A stretch of 64,000 nucleotides of DNA from NCBI GenBank assembly GCA_964035545.1, contig OZ037771.1, positions 13,143,133-13,207,132 of the forward strand, read 5' to 3'. This DNA comes from Bugula neritina. Its lineage: Eukaryota > Animalia > Bryozoa. Within the stretch, counting starts at the first letter, position 1, and each line of letters begins with the position of its first letter. Positions 45,501-57,540 of this stretch are shown piece after piece. The notes under the pieces were generated by a model. It did no database searches. It was not told the origin of the DNA and saw nothing but the letters and a program-made list of their open reading frames with translations. A program made the translations under genes and the position numbers.

Positions 45501-48500
45501 CCAAACTATATAGCGATGATCTCAATATGTAAGTAACTTGACAGAAAAATTTCAGACATAAGTCACCTGAGTCATGAAGAACTGAGGCCCTTCCTTGTCT
45601 TGTGGTGCAATATCTTCTGTACCGGGTGACTGTTCAGGCTTGTCTTTCTTCAGCTCTAGAGGTTCTGGTGAATGTCCAATAGGAGGAAGTGGGGCTGAGT
45701 AATTGACATAAACGAGTTATAAAATCATGAGTCATAAATTTGCAACAGTTATAAAAACTGTTCATTTACCAAAGTACACTTATATATGTGAGTTTATTAC
45801 TAGCAACAAAAAGCTTAACAATTTGCAGTGAAATAATGTTATCTACTAAGAAAAAATAGCTTTTTGTTGACAAAAATTCAGATTATTCAAAAACTTCGTT
45901 GATTTTTATCAAAAAAAGTTGCCAACGCATAATCATGTGTATACCTGAGGAAGGGAGGCTAGCGGCAGCATCAACTGGAGGCAGCATTGGCTGCTGCTTA
46001 GAACTACTTAGATTGAGGAGCTTATCAACATCACACTTGGGCACAGCTGGCACTGTAGATGATACCTTTCTCTCCTTCCTGGGTGGTGGAATCTCTCTGG
46101 GTGGTCCAACAACTGCCGGCTTCTTTCTTATTATATCAATTCCTTTAGGAATATCAAATTTGATAAATAGATGACTTGTATCAATAATAGTCAAATTTCT
46201 AACATAAATGCCAAAAGCAAATTAACATTAATGAAATTTTTATTCCGTATTATGCATTAAATTGCGACGTATACACATGGAATGTGGGTGGTCTAAATAT
46301 CTTCATGCTGCTAATTCCTGTGAAGGAAAATTGTCAGGTGTGATATGAAATATAAATATAAAACCACAGACTTTATAACCATTACTTCAACTCTTTGCAG
46401 TGTAAAAATGGACTCACTCAACAACTGTACAATGGCTAAATTTACCAATGAATTAATATAACACTGTATGCAAACAGAATTTAATATATTCTTTTTTTCT
46501 ATAATTCCATTGCGTTTCTGTCTATTTTAGATGCATGTGCAAAAAATTATAAAGTGAAAAATAAACTTTCAAGAATCAATTCAAGCCTTAGCTGAGATGT
46601 ATGACTCATAACTTATGAGTCATAAGCAAAGACTTTTGTCTCATAAGTTATAGGTTGCTGGGTATATCTCAAGCTTACTAATAATGTACTAAGTGTCATG
46701 TGAGGACTTCTACATAGTAATGAACACAACAACATAATAAACCGATATAGTGGCTACCAAATATTGTAGGATATAAACACCTAGTCTGTCAGTGAGAAAC
46801 TTCTTCAACATGGGTGGGTCTCCAGACCTCTCGTTAGTCAGAGGGTTATCAAAGATATGAACTTGGGTGAGGTTGGGCCAGGCAGCGATGGGCAGCAAAT
46901 CCTCCTCTTCACATATGTAGTTATGTGCCAGTGTTAGAAACCTGTAGTATATAGTTTAGTATATTTATACTATGGTATACAATATAGTATATTGTAGTAT
47001 AGTATATATATAGTTAGTATAGTATATAGTATAGTATAATATATAGTATAGTATATAGTATAGTGTATTTATAGTATAGTATATAGTATAGTATAGTATA
47101 GTATAGTATAGTATAGTATAGTATAGTATATTATATAGTATATTATAGTATAGTATAGTATATTATATAGTATATTATAGTATATATAGTTAGTATAGTA
47201 TAGTATATAGTATATCATATAGTATAGTATATTATATAGTATAGTATAGTATAGTATAGTATATTATATAGTATATTATAGTATATATAGCATATTATAG
47301 TATAGTATATAGTATAGTATAGTATAGTATATAGTATGGTATAGTATATAGTATAGTATATAGCATAGTATATAGCATAGTATGTAGTATAATATGTAGT
47401 ATAGTATATAGTATAGTATATTATATAGTTTAGTATAGTATAGTATAGTATATAGTATATTATAGTATATATAGTTAGTATAGTATAGTATAGTATATAG
47501 TATATTATAGTGTATAATATAGTAGAGTGTATAGCATAGTATAGTATAGTATAGTATATAGTATAGTATATAGTATAGTATGTAGTATAGTATGTAGTAT
47601 AGTATAGTATATAGTATAGTATATAGTATAGTATGTAGTATAGTATGTAGTATAGTATGTAGTATAATATGTAGTATAGTATAGTATATAGTATAGTATA
47701 TAGTAGCTATAGTATATATATAGTATGTAGTATACTATATATATAGTATAGCCGTAAACTATACCGAAGTTGAGGAAAGGGAATAGCTGGGGAATCCTCA
47801 TTGTCTAGCTCATCTTCCGAGTCGGTCAACACGCCCCCCTCATCTTCTTCATTGTTACCATCAGCTTCACCACTCAAATCAGACACGTTGAGGGCAGTCA
47901 GGTCAGGAATCTTCAGTTCCTCAAACTTAAACTCTACATCTGCTAGTATAATTTGTATGTACATTACATACTTTCATATGTGTAGAGGAAATGCCAACAG
48001 CATAGCTCTAATAGTTTAAATCAGAGTTGTCCAACCTTTTCAGACTGAGGGCTACTGAAAGGGAATATTCAGGTGGCGAGGGCCACATTGTAAGCTTCAG
48101 TTTAAACTGGGGGCCACAGCATCAGTATTTTTTGGACTATTTTATTCCAAATTCTCATGAATCATTACACAATGAAGTCCCAATAGCTACTGCAGGCTGC
48201 ATGTTTTGTAGCATGTGTAGAAATAATAAATTTAGAAGGGCCACATAAATGTAGGCTGTGAGCCACATACGACTTTGTTGGACAGCCCTGCTTTAGACAA
48301 TATTAGCTAATTATGTAACCATTAATATAATTGTAAGTTTACTGTAATGTAAGTTTATTATGGTCATCAGCTAACTATCCAAAAATTATGACAATGGACA
48401 AAAGCTGCGATCTAATGCTATTTTAGTGAGTCAAGTTATACACTTTATTTTTACTTTCTGTTTATTGTATAAGCAGATAAGCTGCCTCAATTTAAAATGG

Positions 48501-50646
48501 TAGCCTCATACCTTCAGCTTCTTTAGACTCAGGACCATCATTGTGGCTGGTTTGGTTAGGGCTGGCCTCACTCTGAATCACATTGTCATGTTTAATTGTC
48601 TTGGATTCAAGCTGTGGAACAGCAGATATTTCATTTTTCTCTAGATTGAGGTGCTTCAACCTGAATAATAAAAACATAATAAAAATCAATTAATGCAAGA
48701 AAATGTAAGCAAAAAGAATCATTATTACAGACTGTGTGTGTAACTAGAGAAATATATATGCAGCATATTTAAGAAATTAGTGAATCTGTTAAACTGGCAC
48801 AAATAATGACTTCAACTCTTCAGCAAGTTTAAAAAAGAATCTAAATTTAGAGCCTATACTTTTTAAAATGATAATCAAATTTAATCACAAACATAATAAA
48901 GCAAAAATTAAAAAAAAATGCTCACTTAGATGTTTAAACGACATACTAAGTCAAAGCTTTTTAAGTGATTGTGTAAAATAATGTTTTAAAAAAGTTTAAA
49001 AACAACTCACTCCTTGAGTCCAGCCAATGGTGCGAATGCCGTGTAGTTGTTCAAGTTATTATCATCCAAGCATAAAATTTCCAACTTTGGGAATCGCCTC
49101 TTTTTAAACCCAGTTTTTGTAATATAGAAACCCGCAAGGTTTTCAGGAAGTGAGTCTAAGTTGTTGCCAGATAAATAGAGGACTTTGAGATTTCGGAGAA
49201 AACCGAGTTGAAGCAAATCACTTTTTGTCAACTTGTTATATGAGAGGTCCAGCATCTACAGCCATTAAGAATAAAAAACAAATTAACACGTGACATTTTA
49301 CAAAAAAGTTCTATTGAAAAAACTGGCAAAACTACTCACGTAAGCTTTACATACATGCAAACTCACAATGAAATTACTTGTAATATTATTTTAAACTAAA
49401 ACATTTGAATAATTAAAATAATAATGAATAAGGTGTTTATAGTTTGTTTTTAGAACACAAGTTATTTTCACAATTGCAAGCAATATATAGTTTAATTGTT
49501 TCTAACCTCTAAATTTCTAAACATTTTATGGGTAAGACTGATATTCGAAACACCATTAACAGGAAGCTCCAACTCTCGCAGAATAGAAAATCGATCAAAC
49601 ATATCTACAACAAAAATAAGTAAAATACAGTCTACAAGTTTAGAAAAACAACATGTACAAGAATGTAAAAACAAAACATTTAAAATAAAAATATAAATAA
49701 ATAAAGAAAACAAAACGAATAATGAGTAAGCTAGTTTATACAACAGAAGTGTCATTATTAGTATATACCTAGTTCAAGAGCATTATCTGCTGCATTAACA
49801 TAAGCTACATTGTCAAATAGCTGAAAGTCATCAGGTTTAGCACTTTCAATGCCCAAGCCAGCAATGTTTACAGAACACAAATCTGCTGGGTCTGCTACAC
49901 AACACTGTTTCATTAAGAAAAATCCATCCAATAGCTTTCCCTCAGAATCTGGCTCTATCTTATCTTCTTCATCAGATGATCCATCAATATTTCGTTCAAG
50001 AGCTAGACGCTCTTGTTTTAGTCTGGAATATGTTCTTGGAGGTTTAGGGCACACAACTGCTTTGAAACGCTTTCGCTGCTCTGCTCTATGGGCCTCCAGC
50101 CAAGCACCTTCTCCTATAAAAAAATTCATTTTGCTCAATAAAATTTATCACAAATAGAAATACATAAACAAATTTATCAAGATAAAGTTTGTACTCAACA
50201 TTTTCTTTGCAAAGTTTGCATTGCACAATAAATTAGCTCATTGTTGTTAAACTTTATATATTTTAATTTACATTTATGTTACATAAATCTTAGCAATACC
50301 CAAGAATATTAATTGCAAGGTATAGATGCTGTCAGGCATATACATGTCATATTTACCTTGTCATTTAGTTTTAGTCTAACATAGTCATTTATGGTTCTAA
50401 TCAACACATCAAATTCAATATTTAACACTTAACAGTTAACTCATTCGAACAAGTATTTAAAACAAAAGCACTTTTCACATGGTTGATTTGAGACTTAAAT
50501 TATATATGTCTATATAGCTATATAATTTTACATAAATTATTTTAATTACCTGGCTCTCCATATTTAATAATAGTTCTTACTGGAAAGCAGTTGTTGACAA
50601 AAGCACCAGAGCCATCGTCAAATTTGATATCTGCGTAAGCGGCCAT
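42573..50646 (-). CDS. XRRA1: X-ray radiation resistance-associated protein 1 (LRR protein), 13 coding exons
   Basis: Starts MAAYADIKFDDGSGAFVNNCFPVR (50550-50646). It continues LLDGFFLMKQCCVADPADLCSVNIAGL, LRR exons (LDLSYNKL...RFPKLEILCLDDNNL...LAGLK), FPQLRFLTLAHNYI, IFDNPLT...GDPPML, FFMTQ and KALHYALKHP, all resembling vertebrate XRRA1. Last exon is 42573-42749. All introns are GT-AG and in phase. Confidence 0.9.
44255..44388. repeat. 56-bp dimeric repeat, about 2.4 copies
   Basis: GGTTTAGGTGAGTAGA.TAGCTAAGTGGAA plus GGTTTAGGTT.GTACAGTAGGTGAAA. Confidence 0.8.
46942..47764. repeat. Degenerate (TAGTA)n microsatellite filling an entire XRRA1 intron
   Basis: The repeat runs from about 15 nt after the donor to the acceptor. 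Confidence 0.95.
48022..48290. mobile_element. Non-autonomous hAT (Charlie-like) element
   Basis: TIRs CAGAGTTGTCCAAC / GTTGGACAGCCCTG, internal GGGCCAC subrepeats, and degenerate 8-bp flanks GTTTAAAT / CTTTAGAC. Confidence 0.75.
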
Positions 50647-50900
50647 GTTTAGTAGCTATAACTACCAACTAGCTCGCCTGCAGCAAATTAACCCCAGATT
50701 TTCCACAAGAATATTGAGTTGTCGGGTGAGAAACGGTAACGTGTATGTAAAGTAAAGAAATAACGATAACAACTAAATTTGTGAACTCGGACTTTACGTC
50801 GTTGACTGACCTCCGAAAGGAACTTTTCCTTTTCTACACAATTATAATTTGCATAAATGAAAAAATACCTCAAATTCCAACCTCTGCACCTAGCCCTATC
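50647..50900. promoter_or_regulatory. Probable bidirectional promoter XRRA1 / PPP1R7
   Basis: The two genes diverge. A short CpG-containing island lies just upstream of the XRRA1 ATG, and the PPP1R7 ATG exon is preceded by an acceptor (51853), so it needs a 5' exon near here. Confidence 0.5.
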
Positions 50901-50975
50901 CCTTTCTTGCGTCTTGTAGCCTCTAAATTAAAATCATCAATAGAAGTTCAAAAATAAAAATGTTATGTATTTATA

Positions 50976-51200
50976 GCTATTGTTATCATAATCATTATAA
51001 TTATTCATTATCATAATGATATTCAATTGAATTTGACAATCATTATGATTATCATTATGATTATGATAATTATTGCTATCATAATCATTATAATTATTCA
51101 TTATCATAATGATATTCAATTAAATTTGACAATCATTATGATTATCATTATGATTATGATAATTATTATTATCATTATTATCATTATCATTATGATTATC
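50976..51200. repeat. (ATT/ATC/ATG)n low-complexity tract with a ~93-bp duplication
   Basis: TCATAATCATTATAATTATTCATTATCATAATGATATTCAATT.AATTTGACAATC occurs twice. Confidence 0.8.
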
Positions 51201-51866
51201 AATTATTTGTTGTTATCAACTTTCACATCACATTGATGATATTCACTATGGAGTATGGTGGTGAAATTGTAATGGATAATATTAATTGACAACCATAATT
51301 GATAATAATATTAATTATATAGGTATTAATACTGACAGAACCATATTGATATATCAATATGATATAAATAAAAATTAATAATAATAATAATAAATATACA
51401 CTGTAATGTTAATAATAATGGTCACAATGATTTTGATATAAAATAACTCGGTAATTATTAAGCTTATTAGTATTAGTATTAGTTATTACTTGAGTTATTA
51501 GGGTTATAAATATGTTATGTTTGACCACAATTTTAATCACCATCACCAAGTGAATATATTAAAATCAACATGAATATAGGTATAAGTCTGTTACTGTTGA
51601 TGTTAGTGTTATATTTATAATGTATGTTATATATGTTAGAGTTATTCTGAAATATTCTTTATTCAATTTCTTTGTATTTTTTATAATCTTTGCTATATAT
51701 AGATTATGTAGCATTAAGTGCATTTGCTAAGCATGTAAACTGATTGGAGGTGAGAAGAAAGAAAGCTGACCTATTTGCTACCAGAATTTCCAACATGCTG
51801 ATACCATCATATTTATTTTGATACCATAATGTGTTGATTTTTTTTCTTTCAAGCTCAGATCAGAAA

Positions 51867-54800
51867 ATGGAAAAAACTGTAGAAACTACTGCGGAGGAAA
51901 GTGAAGGAGAAGAGGAAGTTAAAGAAGAAAGTGTTGAAGATGAATGGATTATTACTATAGATGATCCTTCGGCTGAGGATTTAGATTTCAATCAATCAAG
52001 AATTCACAAACTACAGAATCTGGAGTCCTTGTCACAGATTCAGGTTACATTTTGCTTCTGTCAGTTTCATTAATCAAAGTGCTAGAAGCAGTTAGTAACA
52101 TTGTTATATTTATTGTTATATATATGCATGTATGCACTTGCACGATTTTAAATGTATTGTATATATGTACTACGTACATTTTGTATATGGCTACATTCAG
52201 CGTCATATTAGATATAGGTCAACTTTTGTACAACGCAACTCTGTTATTTGTTGTATATGTTGTGTGAATATGGCGTTTTGGGGGTATTTTACTTATTATC
52301 AGTGTTTATAATTTTAGACATTGGGGTTCAGGCAGAATTTGATTAAGAAGATCGAGGGGTTGGACTCGCTAACAACACTGGTGGACCTCAGTCTTTATGA
52401 TAATCAAATAAGTGTAATAGAAGGGCTGGAGTCTCTACTGAATCTTGAGTATGTTATAACTCAACACGTGGTTGCTATATGCTATATGCTGTATTATCGT
52501 ATATTACACAGTATAGCATGCTATTAGCAAATTGTATATTGCAATATACCTATTATTTTCATTAAATTTTTACATACGGTTTTATTATTATTATAATATT
52601 GTTGTTTTGATATGTCATATACTGTGCTGTGATGTATACTATAATTTTAAATCATTGTTGGTTACAGCATTTGTAATACCTATTATATTGTTTTTGTATT
52701 ATAGATTACATTACAGCTGTTACTTTATGTACTATTGCATTATATTGTCACTTGAAGTATAAATGCTACAGAAAAGTGCAGATGCATTGTCTACTCACAC
52801 ATAGTAGTATTTTATATGATTTTTTCAGTCAATAACCAATATGATCATTTTAAATTCAGTTTTCTATTGCATAATTTATTTTTGTTTTAGGATTCTTGAC
52901 TTGTCATTCAACCGAATACGAAAGATACAAGGCATAGGTCACTTGACCAAGCTAAGGAAACTTTATCTCTGTGATAATAAGATAACTAAGATAGAGAATA
53001 TCTCTACTCTAACTGGACTAACCTGTCTGGAGTTGGGCTCCAATAGAATCAGGGTGTGTAGTTGTCTATTATGTAGTATTATGTGGGTTACTTGGTGGGT
53101 AATGAGAAACCAACCTCAACTAATTATAGTTTAAAACAGGACACCATGATGCTAACTTTCAGATGATCGCAGCTTCTTTAAGCTAGTTAGTAACTAGCAA
53201 GCTGTTTTCTTAAGGTTTGCCAAGACCCGCTAAGTGCTGCGATAGTGAGGTTTATTGTTGTATATAAGAATTAGCTGTGGAATAAATAGTTGTTGTGTGA
53301 AAAGCTGTTTTGTTTAAAGTAGTGATCACCATTGCTGTGAAGTCTTTACCGTATGTTATAATTAGTGTGTAAGTTACCAGAGAAATAGATATTTAGTTTA
53401 ATGGAAAAGTCATAGTTTTCAGATCAATGAAAAAGTTTGAAAAGCTCAAAGTGTGAACCTTTTCGTTTGAATTCCCTCAAATTTGATCGTACGTTTTTGT
53501 TTTCGTGTCAAATAGACAATTTCGTTGATTCTCACGAGCGTGAGGCCATGCTTTAAGTGAATTTACCTAAATCTCTTCGGTAAAGAGCTGTTTTGTTAAG
53601 CATTGTTCCTTGGTATACTAAATGTTTGTCAGGTAATTGAGAATTTGGAGGCACTGACCAACCTCCAGGAGCTGTATATTGGAAAGAATAAAATATCTAA
53701 ACTAGATGGATTGTCTTCACTGTCACAGCTTACACTGCTCAGTATTCAGGTATGAGAGCTCTGCTTCGCTATGTCAAGGGCTTACTTGCGTTGTAAGCAT
53801 GCCGTTTTAACTGTATAATAAACCCTTTTCAGAGGTCCCCCATATCCCCTTTACAATTAAGAGTTGTGTCCTCCCAAAGTGAATAAGTTCAATCTTTGTA
53901 TAAAGAGCAAATTTATTAAAAATTTGAAGTTTGGCTGCTATTTAAAAGTCTAATAATGCTGTAGAATTGTTATTTTAGGAGATAGATATATTGGTATAAG
54001 CACACATATTAGCAGTTCAAAAACATTTTAAGAATATTTCTTTATAAAAAGGTTTGAAGAAAATAAACTTGAAAGCATTTTTTGCGGTTTTGGTTACTGA
54101 GCAATGCTGAAGTGGCACTTCAGCATTGCTCAGTAACCAAAACCACAAAAATGCATTCAAGTTTATTTTGTTTAACAATTTTCATTTTGGGAGACCACAA
54201 CTCTTAATTGTAAGGGGGGGGGGGGCATTGGGGACCTCTGAAAAGGGTCTATTGTTAAAGGTTATGCATTATGTTTGGCTGCTGATAGGATTAAAAAATT
54301 GCAGTGAAAAATCTGCCAACTTTTAAAAATTTCTGAAGCTTCCATAGAAAACAAATGTTTTGTTGTAAGTGCTCTTACAGGCATTTCACTTGAACAATTT
54401 GGCTATAAATTAAATTTGTTACTATTGACTTTATTTTAATTTGATGTATTTTGGTGGAGAAAGAACTGAAACAGGATAACTTAGTACTTATGTTAAAAAT
54501 GAAAAATTCTTATGATTTGCTGATAGAAAAGATCATTGCATCTATTTTGGAATTACTTGAAAATGCAAAATTGGATGTTTTGCCATTACTGTTCATCATC
54601 ATTGCTTGTGTGACGTCATTGAGCAACACAAGTGTCTAACATCAAATAATATATCAACTATGTTATGTCAAACAAGATGTCTCTTCTAAGTTGGTGACTT
54701 GTCTTTGAAAATCAAGAGAAGGTCAAGGGCAAATTTGTATTTTTTAAAATGTTATTTGTATATATAAGAATATATATACAGCATTTTTATTCTGTTTAAA

Positions 54801-56899
54801 ATGTATTGATGTATATGAGTCATTATTGTAGAGCAATCGAATAGTAAAAATTGAGAATTTGGAGTCGTTAGTGAATCTTGACCAATTATATATCAGTCAC
54901 AATGGTATTGAGAGAATCGAAGGAATTCCAGCGAAGGTATGAATGGTAACATCCTGCTTAGTTTTCCTTCTTCTCAACAAGTAGTTGTTTTGTATCAGGC
55001 TGTGAGAAAATGGGTTTAAAGTGGTGGATGCTTCATGTGAAATGATTGCCATGGGTTTACATCAAGATACGCAGTTGGAATATGTAAGCAATAGAATCCA
55101 GTATATATATTTAGGTAAATATCTACAAATGTGTGTGTACGAGCGTGTTTATATCAATTTCACCTAAAATATAGACAGTGTGTACAGATGTTGGTGAAGT
55201 TCTTACAAATATTGAATGTAGAACTTATACTAGCTCAGTTTCCTAGTGAATTATATATAATCATACATCATTTCTCGTCTCTCAGGATAAGATGACCACC
55301 ATTGACTTGGCTGGTAATAGAATATCTTCACTAGATGGTCTAGACGGAATGATGGTTCTGGAAGAAGTGTGGGTGAGAATTATTCTATTCAAATTATTAC
55401 AATATATTATAGTAGAAAAGTTATCCACATCTAATTTCATTCTCATCTTTTGATGATGATCATGGTCAATCACTTGTCAGCTTTAAATGCCAGCACATGT
55501 TTTATATCAACCATTTCCGTATTTCTTATTTGTCCAATAGTTTTGAGAACTCATTTCATTTATAGAGTTATTTATATATCTATGAATAAGGTTTAGTTAT
55601 ATATTTATAGATAAGGTTTAGATATGTATTAATAGGTAAGGTTTAGTTATATATTCATAGGTAAGGTTTAGTTATATATTCATAGGTAAGGTTTAGTTAT
55701 ATATTCATAGGTAAGGTTTAGTTATATATTCATAGGTAAGGTTTAGTTATATATTCATAGGTAAGGTTTAGTTATATATTTATAAGTAAGGTTGTAAGGC
55801 TTAGTTAAAGTAGTTGCAATTTTTTATTCAAGATGAATGACAACCAAGTCTCAGACTGGCACGAGATAGACAAACTGTCACCACTAACTGCTCTCCACAC
55901 CGTATACATGGAGAGAAACCCTATTTGGAATGATCCTGACGAACCCCACAGAGGTATGTATATCACAGCGACCTCTAGAGGCATATCACAGTGACCTCTA
56001 GAAGTATATAAGGAATGTATATCATGGTGACTTAGAAGTATATAAACCAAGTAGATCACAGTAACTCTAACTGTTCTCAAGTACTGTACTCAAATGAATC
56101 CGTAGTGAGTAGACCCATATATAACTCCTGGAGAGTTTTAATTCATTTGGTAGACACTTTAACATACTGTGATGCAGCAGCAGTGCTTTCTTCAGGGGGA
56201 ACAACTTCAATAATGCTTTGATTTGTCTAAGTTTTGAGAAATTTATTTTCAGTATGAAAACCTGTTCTGGTAGCTAGTAATAGGTGGTATATATTATCCA
56301 CTGCTTGCAGCTAACTTGGTTTATGTGCAATGCAGTTGGTAAAATCTCAATAGCTTGAGCTTGCTTACTTGCATGAATACGTTTGTGTACACGGATACTG
56401 GATTTAACGTAAAATTCGCACATCACACACAATTGCTCTGAGGAGGCCCTAAATCAAAATCACTCTTCATATGGCAGCCTAGTTTCTCTAAGATTATTTA
56501 TGTAACTGCTCACCAATACTCTAGGTGGCTTTGAGAAAGCCTGCTAATACATTATATGCATATTATCTATATAATACATCATATACATGTTATATATAAT
56601 ACCTCATATGTATGTTATATAATACCTCATATGTATGCTATATATAATACCTCATATGTACGCTATATAATACCTCATATGTATGCTATATAATACCTCA
56701 TATGTATGCTATATATAATACCTCATCTGTATGCTATATATAATACCTCATCTGTATGCTATATATAATACCTCATATGTATGCTATATAATGTAGTAAC
56801 CTGTGCATTCTAGGTAGTCCCCATTACCGGAGGAAGATGATGTTAGCATTGCCACAGTTAAAACAGTTGGATGCCACGCCCACAATGGCTGGCCAGTAA
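51867..56899 (+). CDS. PPP1R7: Protein phosphatase 1 regulatory subunit 7 (sds22), 8 coding exons
   Basis: Exons 51867-52043, 52318-52448, 52891-53053, 53633-53749, 54832-54936, 55286-55372, 55833-55953 and 56814-56899. They encode an acidic N-terminus, SDS22-type LRRs (FRQNLIKKIEGL, LYDNQI, LDLSFNRIRKI, LELGSNRIRVIENL, LSIQSNRI, EEVWMNDNQV) and the LRR cap YMERNPIW...YRRKMMLALPQLKQLDAT. An additional upstream coding exon cannot be excluded. Confidence 0.95.
53817..54253. mobile_element. MITE with about 70-bp TIRs and a nested internal hairpin
   Basis: ACCCTTTTCAGAGGTCCCC...TTACAATTAAGAGTTGTG at the left end is the reverse complement of the right end. An internal palindrome spans 54060-54169. 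Confidence 0.8.
55586..55793 (+). repeat. 25-bp minisatellite, about 8 copies
   Basis: Unit CATAGGTAAGGTTTAGTTATATATT. Confidence 0.92.
56570..56791. repeat. 23-25-bp minisatellite, about 9 copies
   Basis: Unit ATAATACCTCATATGTATGCTAT(AT). Confidence 0.9.
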
Positions 56900-57540
56900 A
56901 CAGAGTGCCACGCCCACAATGTTCAAATGGTTTCATACACAGTACATATATACTATAAATACTATATATATACTATGCTTATTAATATAACGCTATGTTT
57001 GTGTAATTTTCAACTAGTTGAGAGTAGAAAGAATGAGAATTATTTTATTATGAAGATTAAAAATTGGTAGCAGTGAAATGGTCAACATTAATGAGTTTAC
57101 AAGAAAATATGTTCAGATTAAAAATAATCACTACAATTCAGGCACAAATGTAAATAACTATTGCCAGGCTGTGTTTCAGAAAGAGTGAGGCACTCTTACA
57201 CTTTTTAAATTTGAAATCTTTTATTGATTGCCATACGTTGCAAGCTTAAGTAAATCTCATTATTACACAGGTTAAGGAATTTCTACATCTTCATGCATGT
57301 ATTGGTATATATATATTGGATGTAGAAATAGTCATGAGTTGATAATTTAAGATAATTGAAAAAAATTAGAATTGTAAATATTTTTGGGTAATAAAAATTT
57401 TAGTTATAAATTGTTATTAATTTATCACCACGTTTATTTACATCATTATATCCAACTATTACAATAAAATGAGTTTTGTATAAAAAATACTGACTTAGTC
57501 TTCACTTCTTTTGCTTTAAAAGAGAGTTTTGGCTGTATAT

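Noticed and set aside
47505-47801. Tyr/Thr/Ile-rich ORF
   Set aside because: Read-through into the (TATAC)n intron of XRRA1.
56872-56922. 16-bp duplication around the PPP1R7 stop (TGCCACGCCCACAATG)
   Set aside because: Real but small. The second copy is in the 3' UTR with no evident consequence.
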